A DNA stretch of 49,682 nucleotides from Hormoscilla sp. (GCA_051439505.1 JBFRWI010000167.1:1-49682), one strand, 5' to 3'; numbered from the stretch's first letter, positions 20,331-30,910 are shown. The notes: a model not told the origin generated them from the letters alone. Numbers and translations are program-made.

Positions 20331-21533
20331 ATGACTTTCCCCAAAACCACCGCTCAAATTCGCAGCCTTACGTTTGCTCACCGCGATCTAGAGGCTATTT
20401 CCCGGCTATTAGCATCGCCGACAGCGAAGAGCGATCGCAACGATACCTTAATCCAACAGATGCTCCGTTGGTACGGTCTGTTAAAATTTTTGAGCCTGTT
20501 TCCCAATCCCTGGCAGTACAAATTTTGCGCTTATGTCGCACAGCTAGATAGCCAAGTCCTGGGCATGATTAAGATCTCCCCATTTAACCGCACGCGCAGC
20601 ACTTGGCGGGTAGAACAGGTGGTGGTGGACGCTGCGGCTTCCAGGCATGTCATCGGTTCTCAACTCCTGCGTCATTGCTTGCAAGCAGTAAAAGAAGCAC
20701 GCACCTGGTTACTGGAAGTAGATGTTACTCATAAAGATGCGATCGCCCTCTATCGGCAAAATGGGTTTCAACCCCTGGCACAGATGACCTACTGGGAACT
20801 GCCACCAGCAATACTCGCTGCCTTAGCTTCTCGGGAACCAGCTTTGCCGAATCTCCTACCAGTCAGTAACGCCGATGCCCAAGCCCTTTACCAGCTGGAT
20901 ACAGTGGCCATGCCGCCCCTAGTGCGTCAAGTATTCGATCGCCACATTGATGACTTCAAAACTAGCCTTTTGGCCTCTTTGATGCAAGCATTGCAGCAGT
21001 GGTTCAGCCACACAGAAGCAGTCAGCGGTTATGTATTTGAAACCCAGCGCCAAGCGGCGATCGGCTATTTTCAGCTGCAGCTAGCGGCTGCTGGTGAGGG
21101 CCCTCACGTCGCCGACCTGACCGTACACCCAGCCTACACCTGGCTGTACCCAGAACTAATGTCCCAGATGGCACGCATTACCCAGGATTTGCCAGACCAT
21201 ACCTTGCAGCTGACATCCGTTGACTATCAACCAGAACGGGAAGAATATCTCGCAAGCCTGGGTGCTAGCCGGATTAAACATACCCTGCTGATGTCTCGCT
21301 CAGTCTGGCACAAACTCCGAGAGTCAAAGCCAGCCGTATCCTTAGAAAGTCTCCAGCTATCTGAGGTGCTGCCAGGACTACAGCCGGCGAAACCAGTCTC
21401 CCTAGGCCAGCGGTCCTGGTCCTCTGTTAATCATCTGTCAGCTGATGCTCCGCGAGATGCATCTAGCGAGGAGTCATCTAATAATGGCAAGTATCGGTCA
21501 GCAGATTTCTCTGAGTTACCAGAAGAACAGTAA
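20331..21533 (+). CDS. GNAT family N-acetyltransferase
   Basis: IGSQLLRHC...WLLEVD...AIALYRQNGF acetyl-CoA motifs. Confidence 0.88.
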   Translation: MTFPKTTAQIRSLTFAHRDLEAISRLLASPTAKSDRNDTLIQQMLRWYGLLKFLSLFPNPWQYKFCAYVAQLDSQVLGMIKISPFNRTRSTWRVEQVVVDAAASRHVIGSQLLRHCLQAVKEARTWLLEVDVTHKDAIALYRQNGFQPLAQMTYWELPPAILAALASREPALPNLLPVSNADAQALYQLDTVAMPPLVRQVFDRHIDDFKTSLLASLMQALQQWFSHTEAVSGYVFETQRQAAIGYFQLQLAAAGEGPHVADLTVHPAYTWLYPELMSQMARITQDLPDHTLQLTSVDYQPEREEYLASLGASRIKHTLLMSRSVWHKLRESKPAVSLESLQLSEVLPGLQPAKPVSLGQRSWSSVNHLSADAPRDASSEESSNNGKYRSADFSELPEEQ

Positions 21534-21538
21534 AATTT

Positions 21539-21982
21539 GTGAAAGCTATGACAAGGATTTCAGCATTAGGTTTGGATATCGGACAAAAGCGAATTGGAGT
21601 GGCCGGGTGTGATGGCACTGGTTTGATCGCCACTGGACTGACAACTATCTCGCGCACCTCCCGCGCGCAAGTTGTGGCCCGGCTGCTTGAACTGGTGCAG
21701 CAGCGGCAAGTACATATTCTGGTGGTGGGGCTACCCTATACGATGAAGGGCGATTTGGGCTATCAAGCGCGACTGGTGCAAAAAGAAGCCCAAGCCCTAA
21801 GCGCAGCCCTCCAGTTGCCAGTAGAATATGTCGATGAACGATTGACTTCGGTAGAAGCAGAACAGCTATTGATTGACCAAAGGCTTTCCCCTTCTCGCCA
21901 CAAGGAATTGATCGATCGCAAAGCAGCTTGCTTGATTTTGCAGCAATGGTTGGACGATCGCCGCAGGACTCTTGAATCGTGA
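21539..21982 (+). CDS. ruvX: YqgF/RuvX family nuclease (pre-16S rRNA processing)
   Basis: LGLDIGQKRIGVA, VVGLP, VDERLTS, IDRKAA..ILQQWL. Confidence 0.95.
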   Translation: MKAMTRISALGLDIGQKRIGVAGCDGTGLIATGLTTISRTSRAQVVARLLELVQQRQVHILVVGLPYTMKGDLGYQARLVQKEAQALSAALQLPVEYVDERLTSVEAEQLLIDQRLSPSRHKELIDRKAACLILQQWLDDRRRTLES

Positions 21983-22079
21983 AAATAAAAAAATAGCGGT
22001 CAGGGGTCAGTTGTGAATTGAGAAGAAAGAATTAAGAGGAAAGAATTGGGAGCAAGTGTGAATCAGGAGAGTTAACTGG

Positions 22080-22634
22080 ATGGACGCAGAAAACATCGAT
22101 ATAGAGACTCCAACTGTTACTTTAACAGATGAGGCAGGACGCAAGCTAACTTGTTACCTGGAGCATTCCTTCGAGGTGAATGACACTCAATACGTTGTCC
22201 TCCTACCTGTTGACTCGCCCGTGGAGATTTTTGTTTGGCCATTAGATGAAGATGTTGACGAACCTATCCCCTTAGACTCGTCGGTGGAAATTGCCTCCGA
22301 AATGTTTGACCTGGCTAAAGCAGTCCTGGCAGAGAAAAACCTCACCCTCCAGCGGACGGCAGAGATGTTGACCGTTGCCGGGGAACTGCCAGAGTGGATA
22401 GAGGTGGAAGAGGAACTAGACCCAGATACCGAGGCACTTATTCTCTTGGCTAGCTTCTGCTATGAACAACAGGAATACGATGTATATGCGCTCCTCGACC
22501 CCCTATTGATCATAGCGCGGATGAATGATGCTGGGGATCCTCAATTGCTATCACCAGAAGAGTTGGAGCGAATTGAACCCCTGAAGCCAGAAATAGAAGC
22601 AGGTCTGTTGGAGGCTCTTGAGAAGACCCAATAG
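22080..22634 (+). CDS. DUF3727-like acidic protein
   Basis: TLTDEAGRKLTC...YVVLLPVD..VEIF...LDPLLIIAR; lies between ruvX and mltG as I recall for cyanobacteria. Confidence 0.8.
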   Translation: MDAENIDIETPTVTLTDEAGRKLTCYLEHSFEVNDTQYVVLLPVDSPVEIFVWPLDEDVDEPIPLDSSVEIASEMFDLAKAVLAEKNLTLQRTAEMLTVAGELPEWIEVEEELDPDTEALILLASFCYEQQEYDVYALLDPLLIIARMNDAGDPQLLSPEELERIEPLKPEIEAGLLEALEKTQ

Positions 22635-23008
22635 CAATGATAATGGATAAAGATTAGCGCTAGTGGCGCGCGGCAGAAATAATCCACCAGCAGGATTGTG
22701 GCTTCTTCGCCTTGCTCCCAAAGCCAGAATTAATTTGGTTGCACAACTCCGGGATGATACGGGATGAAAATGGCAAATTGCGTATACGCAGTGCGCGACG
22801 CAGGAGCGCTATCGTCAATTGAAATAGTCATAAATGTCCATAAATAGACCAATAACTATTATTAAATTGGCAATTGGCAATTGGCAATTGCCAACCCTTG
22901 ACTGCTATCATCCTTTAAATGTGCAACGCCTAATTTTGAATTTTGAATTTTGAATTTTGAATTTATTAGGTACCTCCTTTGTAATAGTTGACAAGATTAA
23001 GGATAAAC

Positions 23009-24079
23009 ATGAAAGTTGTCTCACGCATCTCCAAATGGTCGTTCTATCTGCTGCTGTTCCCAGTGGTGCTGGGAATCTGTGGCTGGCAGGGTTGGGCTTG
23101 GTGGAGTTGGGCGACGGCTCCAGTCTCCTCCGTTAAGTCTGAAACTGCTGCGGTAGGGGTGCAAGTGGAAATTCCTCTGGGAACTACCAGTCAGGAGATT
23201 GGCGAAAATTTAGAAGCCTCTGGATTAATTCGTTCGGCTAAAGCCTGGGACTTGTGGTCCCGTTGGTTGAGGATGCAAACGGATGAGGGTGATTTTCAAG
23301 CAGGGGTCTATCAAATTTCGCCGACTCAGTCCATGGCAGAAATCGCGGAGCAAATTTGGCTGGGAAAGGTGGTCCAGACGAGCTACACGATCCCAGAAGG
23401 ATGGAGTATTTCCCAGATGGCTTCCTACTTTGAAGCCCAGGGCTTTTTTAGCGCGGCGGCCTTTGTAGAAGCGACTCGCAAGCTCTGGAACCGTGAATAT
23501 CCTTGGCTTCCCCCTGACTTGCCCCACATCGAAGGCTTTCTCTATCCCGACAGTTACCAGATGCCCAAAGATGCCATTAGTCCGGACTCGGTCGTCCGAC
23601 AGATGCTGGGGGAGTTTGAACGTGTGGCCTTGCCAGTTTACCAACAAGCTAAACAAAATACTTCCATGAGTCTGCGGGAATGGGCGACTTTAGCGAGTAT
23701 CGTGGAAAAAGAGGCCGTAGTCAGTTCGGAACGCGCTATAATTGCTGGGGTGTTTACTAAGCGACTGCAACTGGGCATGAGACTGGAAGCAGATCCGACA
23801 GTAGAATATGGGTTGGGCATTAAGCAGACTCGCGATCGACCTTTAACTTACCAGCAGGTTCGCACGGATTCGCCTTACAATACTTATCTCAATCGCGGCT
23901 TGCCCCCGACCCCGATCGCGAGTCCGGGAGTGGCTAGCTTAAAGGCTACTCTATATCCCGAAGAGACGGATTATCTGTTTTTTGTCGCCCGCTATGATGG
24001 TACCCATATCTTCAGCCGCACCCTGGCAGAACATAATGCGGCGATCGCGGCGGTAGAGAACTCACTATTTTCTCGCTAA
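23009..24079 (+). CDS. mltG: Endolytic transglycosylase MltG (YceG)
   Basis: TIPEG, EGFLYPDSY, LASIVEKE, SPYNTY..GLPPTPIASPG. Alternative TTG start at 22988. Confidence 0.96.
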   Translation: MKVVSRISKWSFYLLLFPVVLGICGWQGWAWWSWATAPVSSVKSETAAVGVQVEIPLGTTSQEIGENLEASGLIRSAKAWDLWSRWLRMQTDEGDFQAGVYQISPTQSMAEIAEQIWLGKVVQTSYTIPEGWSISQMASYFEAQGFFSAAAFVEATRKLWNREYPWLPPDLPHIEGFLYPDSYQMPKDAISPDSVVRQMLGEFERVALPVYQQAKQNTSMSLREWATLASIVEKEAVVSSERAIIAGVFTKRLQLGMRLEADPTVEYGLGIKQTRDRPLTYQQVRTDSPYNTYLNRGLPPTPIASPGVASLKATLYPEETDYLFFVARYDGTHIFSRTLAEHNAAIAAVENSLFSR

Positions 24080-24116
24080 TTTTTCACCACACCACGTCAA
24101 CAGTCGCAAACAGATA

Positions 24117-24689
24117 ATGGCTGCCATGTCCTGGAATCAACTCTTACAGCCAGACCTAGTTCTGGGCCAACCGATTGTCAATCTGACACCAGAGATTCTA
24201 CAACGAAACCACATCAAAGGGTTGGTATTGGATGTAGATGAAACCCTTGTGCCCCTTCAGAACCCTCAAGCTTCGGCGGAACTGCGTCAGTGGGTAGAAA
24301 AGATCAAACAGGTAGCACCCCTGTGGATGGTAAGCAATAATCTCAATCCATACCGGATTGGTAGAATTGCTGCGGACCTAAATTTGCCTTACCTGATGGG
24401 GGCTGGCAAACCCTCCCGGCGAAAGTTAAGACGTGCTGTCACGGCGATGGAATTGCCGGTCAGTCAAGTGGCCATGGTGGGCGATCGCCTGTTTACTGAC
24501 GTTCTGGCTGGCAACCGCCTGGGCATGTTTACTATTCTGGTAGAGCCGATGCTTGACCCCGGTGAAGCGGCACGAATTTACCCCCTCCGCACTGTTGAAA
24601 CCTGGCTAGGCCAGGTTTTGGGGGCTAGCTTGACACCGGCAACAGAAACAAACACAAATATTGAGCGCTCGTCAAAAACTGAAATATAA
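24117..24689 (+). CDS. yqeG: YqeG-family HAD IIIA phosphatase
   Basis: LDVDETL, VSNN, AGKP, VGDRLFTDVLAGNRLG. Confidence 0.92.
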   Translation: MAAMSWNQLLQPDLVLGQPIVNLTPEILQRNHIKGLVLDVDETLVPLQNPQASAELRQWVEKIKQVAPLWMVSNNLNPYRIGRIAADLNLPYLMGAGKPSRRKLRRAVTAMELPVSQVAMVGDRLFTDVLAGNRLGMFTILVEPMLDPGEAARIYPLRTVETWLGQVLGASLTPATETNTNIERSSKTEI

Positions 24690-24921
24690 AGAAAAGATTA
24701 AGAAAAAAGGTAATTGGGTGGATGGCTAGCAAAATGGAGATAGTTTGAATGGGGTCAGCCGAATAAAGACCCTAAATATAATAGCCTGTAAATATTTATG
24801 CAGGGCGTCAGCCTTCAATATCAGAAGCGCTGGCGCTTTGCAGTTAGCAGTTTCAGGTGATATAACTTGAGATGAAGTGATAGAATGCTATCTCAAGTCT
24901 ATCACTTGAAATTGGTTAGTC

Positions 24922-26025
24922 ATGTCCGAAACGATCGTTGTCAAAATTGGCACTTCCAGCATTACCGATCCGCAAAGAGGTTCCTTGGCGCTGTCCACTA
25001 TTGCAACTCTGGTGGAGGTACTGACTGATTTACGCCAGCGAGAAAATAGGGTAATTCTAGTAACATCAGGTGCGATAGGAGTGGGCTGTGCCCAACTGGG
25101 ATTAACCACTAGACCCCGTACTATAGCACAAAAACAAGCAATTGCTGCTTTGGGTCAAGGACGCCTGATGCGAGTGTACGATGACTGGTTTGGTCAACTG
25201 CAACAGCCCATAGCTCAAGTGTTGCTGACGCGAGGAGATCTAGACGATCGCGAACGCTACCTGAATGCCTACAATACATTTGGCGAACTGCTGGATCTAG
25301 GGGTTATCCCGATAGTGAATGAAAATGACACGGTGGCGACAGATGAACTGAGGTTTGGCGACAATGATCGCCTCAGTGCTTTGGTAGCTAGCTTAGTAGA
25401 AGCTTCCTGGCTGTTTATACTCACAGACGTTGACCGGCTTTATTCCGCCGACCCCCGCCTGGTACCAGACGCCGAACCTATTACTCTGGTAGAGGATCTA
25501 GATCAACTAGCAGAGGTGGAAACTCAGACAAAAGGTTCCCAATGGGGTACCGGAGGAATGAAGACTAAAATTACAGCTGCTCGCATGGCCACAATGGCAG
25601 GCGTGCGCACGGTAATTACCCAAGGGCGAAACCCACGCAACATCGCAAAAATATTGCAAGGAGTACCCCTGGGCACCCAGTTTGCTCCCCACCCAGAACC
25701 AATCAGTGCCCGCAAGCGATGGATTGCTCACGGTTTAATTACCGCTGGAACGCTTTACTTGGATAATGGGGCAGTAGCAGCGATTTGTGAACGGGGTAAG
25801 TCCCTGCTGCCTGCTGGTATTACTCAGGTGTCCGGAGAATTCAACAGCTTAAATGCTGTATTACTGTGTGATGCCGAAGGAAAGGAAATTGCTAGAGGAA
25901 TTGTTAACTACAGCAGCTCCGAATTGGAGCAGATTAAAGGCCGAAAATCAGATGAAATCACGACGATCTTGGGCTATATGGATGCTGAAACTGTCGTTCA
26001 CAGGGATAACTTGGTTTTGATATAA
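24922..26025 (+). CDS. proB: Glutamate 5-kinase
   Basis: [34 protein letters not shown]-terminal PUA domain. Confidence 0.98.
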   Translation: MSETIVVKIGTSSITDPQRGSLALSTIATLVEVLTDLRQRENRVILVTSGAIGVGCAQLGLTTRPRTIAQKQAIAALGQGRLMRVYDDWFGQLQQPIAQVLLTRGDLDDRERYLNAYNTFGELLDLGVIPIVNENDTVATDELRFGDNDRLSALVASLVEASWLFILTDVDRLYSADPRLVPDAEPITLVEDLDQLAEVETQTKGSQWGTGGMKTKITAARMATMAGVRTVITQGRNPRNIAKILQGVPLGTQFAPHPEPISARKRWIAHGLITAGTLYLDNGAVAAICERGKSLLPAGITQVSGEFNSLNAVLLCDAEGKEIARGIVNYSSSELEQIKGRKSDEITTILGYMDAETVVHRDNLVLI

Positions 26026-26123
26026 TTGAGATTGGTTAGTGGTTAGTGGTTAGTGGTTAGTGGACAACCCACAACTGACAACTGACTTGGTGGGCGGTGC
26101 CCACCCTACTAACTGACAAATAA

Positions 26124-27167
26124 CTAAAATGTAGATAGGGATTCGGGAGGTGCGAGATCTCGACCAGCTACGACACCGTTCTGACTTGATTTTAAGCCTG
26201 GGATGCTACTGCGATCGCCCTCCTTTTCAGATGCATTTAACTGAGAGGGAAGAAAGGAGGAGGGTTCGTAGATAACCTCTTTTGGTGATTGCTGGGATAT
26301 CCAGGCAAGTCCGCCTACAGCGCCAGCGACAAGAGCTGTATAGCTGAGGTATAAGTGGGTAGGGGTGAGGTAAAATCGAGATGCTTTGTATTCAGGTTGA
26401 TAGGCCGATGGTAACAATACAGATTTGAGCGGTTCTGGTGCTGGCAAGGCGGCGACGAGGGCCGCACCATCCAACCCTAAGACATCTCCCAGGCGGCGAA
26501 TAAAACCTCGGACGTAGACAGCTTCTGGCAATTCTTCGACCCGACCAGCTTCAAGTGCTTCTATGTGGTGTAGTGGTATATGTGTCTGAGATTGTAGTTG
26601 CGTCAGATTGAGCGATCGGGCTATGCGTGCAAGTCGCAGTTGTTCGCCTATCTGACGCAGACATTCTGATCGTTGTTGAACTGTTGGGGCTGTTAACTCA
26701 CTCTGATTAGACTTTTGGCTGGGCCCAGTTGTTGCTTGATGCTGGCCTTTGACAGCTGTAGGTTTAACAGGGTAATCTGTTGACTTAACTGCTGGGTTGG
26801 GTATGGCTCTATGTATTCCCTGTCTCCCAGGGAGGGGTACCTCCGAAGCGCTAGTCGCACCACAAGGAGGCGACAACTGCCATGCTTTTGTCTGACTGGC
26901 TGTTACAGCCCCTGCTGCTTGATATTGGCTGACAAATTGCTGCAACGCTAACCAGATCGCTTCTCGGGCCACGGCTTTTAACAGCATCTGACTGCTGTCC
27001 GCTGGGACTCCTTGGATTGTCTGTAAGTTAGCTAAGGTTCTGCGATATACTTGAGAGTGATAGAGATCTGCCTCGATCTGACTCATAAGTCTGCGCAATT
27101 CTTCTGAAGATATCTCCAGAGTAGCGCTGGCAGTAGCAGTTAAAGAGGATGCTGAGTTCAGTTTCAC
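26124..27167 (-). CDS. RodZ-like HTH (HTH_25) membrane-anchored protein with long N-terminal extension
   Basis: IGEQLRLAR...LEAG..EELPEAVYVRGFIRR, followed by a hydrophobic helix (LYLSYTALVAGAVGGLAW). Confidence 0.8.
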   Translation of the reverse strand: MKLNSASSLTATASATLEISSEELRRLMSQIEADLYHSQVYRRTLANLQTIQGVPADSSQMLLKAVAREAIWLALQQFVSQYQAAGAVTASQTKAWQLSPPCGATSASEVPLPGRQGIHRAIPNPAVKSTDYPVKPTAVKGQHQATTGPSQKSNQSELTAPTVQQRSECLRQIGEQLRLARIARSLNLTQLQSQTHIPLHHIEALEAGRVEELPEAVYVRGFIRRLGDVLGLDGAALVAALPAPEPLKSVLLPSAYQPEYKASRFYLTPTHLYLSYTALVAGAVGGLAWISQQSPKEVIYEPSSFLPSQLNASEKEGDRSSIPGLKSSQNGVVAGRDLAPPESLSTF

Positions 27168-27434
27168 GATCTTATTGTTTGGCGAATGGAATAAAACAGT
27201 AACCGCAAGGACTCTCCTGGGTCTGACTTCTACCCCAGTCGATCTCCGGACTGTTTAAATACTTTATTCTGGTGAATTATCGTGAGTTCCGGATCTCTCT
27301 GTCAGTTATGCTGGCGGTCATGAATACTCTTTTCCCCAGCAGGCGTAGCCGTGTTTTAGCAGCTCAATTGAGTAGATGTGCCAGAATCTCCGGAGAGTTC
27401 GGCTAACTGAGTCGGAGCAGATGCGCGGCATAAT

Positions 27435-29939
27435 TTACAGAATTAAATTTTCTGGGGCAGCGACCTTTACCTGGGCCGGACGTAATACCCGATCGCCCAA
27501 TTTGTAACCCGGTCTAATTTCGGCAATTATTGTTCCTTGTGGATATTCATCCGTTGATTGGGTCATCACCACCTCGTGGAGATTGGCATCGAATATTTGA
27601 CCCTTAGTCTTGATCGCCTCCACGCCTATTTCTTGTAAAACACCCAATAAACGATGATAAATTAATTGATAGCTATTTTGGATAGCCGCTTCTCCCTTAG
27701 TCTGGATAGGAATTTGGGCCTTGGCTAATTCAAACAGCTCTAACTCTGCCAGCAGCTTCAACACGATTTCGACTTTAACTCGTTGTTCGCCCTCCTTTTC
27801 CTGATGTTTTAACCGCTTAATTAGTTCGTTCTTTTCCCATTCTCCTAAATGACTGTAGGTTTCAGTATTATCATCTCTAGATAGGAATCGATCTTGTGCT
27901 ACCTGAGTCCTAACTACAACTTGCTTTGTCTGTAGACTCTTAACATGTTGTTCCAGTTCTGCGTGAGACTGTTGTAGTCGCTCAATCTGTTGTTCCAGTT
28001 CCGCTTTGGACTGTTGCAGTACCTTAACCTGTTGTTCTAGTTCTGCGTGAGACTGTTGAAGAGCATCGTCCGATCGCCTCCGGGACTGTCGGATTTTAAT
28101 GAGACGGAGTCCTGCTAATAGGGTATCATTGCCGAGAACTCGCTTGACTTCTTCGAGAGTTGTCTGCCCTTGACGCACTAAGTCAAGGCTATAATCTAAG
28201 AGTGTTTTCATCCCCGCATCTGCGGCAACTTGGTTAATTTCTGATGCTGTGGCACCTTGACTGATTAAAGCGGAGATCTGCCGATCTACAGGCAGCACTT
28301 GATAAATGCTCGCCATTGTGGTATAACCGCTTCCCTGACAAACTCGACATAGCTCGCCTCTGCCTTTAGCTGCGGAAATTTCAGCTCTCGGCAGGCTTTT
28401 GGCCCGATAAAAGGTTAAGTCGCTACTGGCAGATAAGCCAAAACGATTAATCTGTTGTTTGCTGGGAGTATAAGGAATACGACAGGCCGGACAAACCCGG
28501 CGCACCAAACCGTGATGGATGCCGCCAAGTAGTGAGTCAAGCGTAAAAATTATTTCTCGGTCAATGCCCTGGGCGACTAAATGAGCAATAGCACTGGCGG
28601 TATCGGCAGTAGCTAAAGAGATCAGGACTAAGCGATTTGCCGATGCTGCGATCGCAGTTTGGGCAGCATCTCGATCTGGAATTCGATCGACAAAGATGAT
28701 GTCTGGTTCTTCCCGGACAACCTGCTGCCAGATGCTGGCAAAGTTAATCCCCAGTTCGGGCCGCATTTCTATTTGCTGAACTCCTGGTATCACGCATGCG
28801 ATCGCCTCTTCTATGGTAAATATCTTCAATCCCTGCTGCTGCTTTTCTCGCAGGAGATTATAGATGAAGGCGGATTTACTCGAACCGGTTGTACTGGTCA
28901 GCAAAATTAACCCCGCAGAATGGCTGGCAAGCGATCGCACAGAGGAGCAGCTGTCCGGATCGGTGAGGGAATGTTCCAGACTCAGGTGGCAGGTAGAACA
29001 GTCGAAAATTCGTAGCAGTACCCTTTCCCCGTAGTCGCTGGGCATAATGTTAACGTGAAAGTCAAATTTCTTTCTCCGGAAGCTGCGGCGAATGCGACCT
29101 GTTTGGGGTATGCTTTGTTGGCTGATATCGAGCTGGGCGCTGAGTTTGAACTGAGCGATCAGATCTGGTATAATCTGCTTCGGTAAGGCGCTCATGGCCG
29201 ATCGCATCGCCCCCTGCTTGCCCAAGCGAATTCGCAAACCGTCTGATTGAGGTAAGATGTGAATCTCAGAAGCTTTCTCTGTCAGGGATAACAGTAAAAT
29301 CCGATTGACAGCTTTGTCAACTTGGGGCCGATCGGATTGTTTGATCGCCCGCTCGATGTCTAGGTATTCATCGGTGACTGTTTGGGAACTGCTGGGGAGT
29401 AATATTTCCGTTCCCTTGTCAACTTCGGGTTCGGCGTAATGGCAAATGAGTTGCTCGTAGTCTTCTGGGGTAATGGCGATTCTCTCCATACCCAAGCGGA
29501 GGGGTTGCAAGATGCGGTGCAGGTCCCCTAGGGCTTCGGAATTATTTGGATCTACCATTGCTATGAGGATCGAGGGGGGAGAATCCCTTTTCTCCAGGGG
29601 GATCAATCCTTCGCGACGGCAGATATCTATGGGGACGATGGAGTCAATCAGTTCTTTGACTCGTGAGATATTAATTTTTGCTACCTGTGCTGCTTCCAGG
29701 ACCTCAACGCCGGAGAGTTGCTTGAGTTCCTGCTGCAGCTGTTGTTGGTACTCCTGCAACAGCTGCGTTGGCACTGCATTCATCAACTCCAGTATTTCTC
29801 GAAGAGTCCGACCAGATCTGCGACTTTCCATCAGGGCCTGTTGCATCTGGTCGGCGCTGACGTGGCCGGACTGAATTAGCTTGTTGGCGAAGGGCGAAAA
29901 ATTATTGTCAGATCGATCTGGTGCGTAATTTGCCATCAC
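27435..29939 (-). CDS. PilB/GspE-like degenerate ATPase fused to coiled coil and C-terminal GrpE domain
   Basis: PilB-like N-terminus SPFANKLIQSGHV; ASEIHILP, LDISQQSIPQTGRI, YGERVLLRI; Zn motif RRVCPAC...CRVCQGSGY; GrpE head FDANLHEVV...GTIIAEIRPGYKLGDRVLRPAQVKVA. Confidence 0.88.
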   Translation of the reverse strand: MMANYAPDRSDNNFSPFANKLIQSGHVSADQMQQALMESRRSGRTLREILELMNAVPTQLLQEYQQQLQQELKQLSGVEVLEAAQVAKINISRVKELIDSIVPIDICRREGLIPLEKRDSPPSILIAMVDPNNSEALGDLHRILQPLRLGMERIAITPEDYEQLICHYAEPEVDKGTEILLPSSSQTVTDEYLDIERAIKQSDRPQVDKAVNRILLLSLTEKASEIHILPQSDGLRIRLGKQGAMRSAMSALPKQIIPDLIAQFKLSAQLDISQQSIPQTGRIRRSFRRKKFDFHVNIMPSDYGERVLLRIFDCSTCHLSLEHSLTDPDSCSSVRSLASHSAGLILLTSTTGSSKSAFIYNLLREKQQQGLKIFTIEEAIACVIPGVQQIEMRPELGINFASIWQQVVREEPDIIFVDRIPDRDAAQTAIAASANRLVLISLATADTASAIAHLVAQGIDREIIFTLDSLLGGIHHGLVRRVCPACRIPYTPSKQQINRFGLSASSDLTFYRAKSLPRAEISAAKGRGELCRVCQGSGYTTMASIYQVLPVDRQISALISQGATASEINQVAADAGMKTLLDYSLDLVRQGQTTLEEVKRVLGNDTLLAGLRLIKIRQSRRRSDDALQQSHAELEQQVKVLQQSKAELEQQIERLQQSHAELEQHVKSLQTKQVVVRTQVAQDRFLSRDDNTETYSHLGEWEKNELIKRLKHQEKEGEQRVKVEIVLKLLAELELFELAKAQIPIQTKGEAAIQNSYQLIYHRLLGVLQEIGVEAIKTKGQIFDANLHEVVMTQSTDEYPQGTIIAEIRPGYKLGDRVLRPAQVKVAAPENLIL

Positions 29940-29945
29940 TGCCGT

Positions 29946-30270
29946 CTAGGAAGCTGTTATTAGGTCAATCTCCACATCCCCGCTCACCGGCAAGACCTAC
30001 CACTCCAATGGTGGTGCGGCAAGGAAGGCATTCGTTGCTGAAGTAAGAGGCGTAGATTTCGTTCATTATATCAAAATAGCAGATGTCGGTGATGAACACC
30101 CTCGCCATGACCGCGCGATCGCGTAGCGAGAAATCGCAGCTAGTGCCTGCCTGTCCTAAGATTAACTGAAGGTTATCCATACGCGATCGCACTTGCTGGT
30201 CGATCGGGGAGGCCACCACATCTCCTGTTTTGGGGTCTGACGCCAGATGGCCCGTGACGAACAGTTCTCC
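29946..30270 (-). pseudogene. RidA/YjgF family pseudogene (5' end replaced by repeats, frameshift near 3' end)
   Basis: GELFVTGHLASDPKTG...QQVR..MDNL..IL...RVFITD...MNEIYASYF...PCRTTIGVVGLAG; a shifted frame gives DVEIDLITAS*. The upstream part of the ORF-track call is translated 21-bp repeat. Confidence 0.82.
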
Positions 30271-30910
30271 GTTCGTAATTCTCAGTTCTCCATTCGTAAT
30301 TCTCCGTTCTCCGTTCGAGGGAAAGTAAATCTCCCTTATTTGGGAATCCTCAAAAGACAATAAAAGCAGAAGAGGAGAGAGCAGAGCAAACTCAAACTCA
30401 AACATAAGAGTTCCTATCTCAATTGACAACAATACCAGATCCCAACTTATCCTAGATATCGCCACCCTGGCCGAAGCTGAAGTTTGCTATAGGGGGCTTT
30501 CCCAATAGAGAATTGCGCTCATGAGAGAATTTTGAATTGTTTATGGGGTGGCCGCTCAAATGAGGCGATCGGGAATAGTCAAGCAATCAAATCAGAACGA
30601 GCCATATTGTCTGATGCGATCGCCTTCGACGCCAACACCTAGTGATTGCAGGCAACTCACATCCCCGGGCAGTTCCGCTCCCCCGAAGAGTACAACATAT
30701 GGCCAAGACGAGCAGCTATGAGGTAAGGCGAGGCGATCGCCGCAGCCAGAATCGCTGTATCCTTTACCCTGCAAGCGTTTTAGCGAATACTCAGGCTCCT
30801 CAAAAATCTCCTCAAACGCTTTACAGGAGGGCATGCATAAGGTAAGATCAAATATGTCGGCCTTGCTTGAAGTTCATTTATCGGTTGCCACTAAAGTAGA
30901 TAACACCATA

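Noticed and set aside
30480..30900. Small ORFs or ncRNA upstream of mrp (30592-30834, 30642-30845); also 6728-6964 and 3000-3221
   Set aside because: No recognisable motif, RBS or convincing structure; not supportable from sequence alone.
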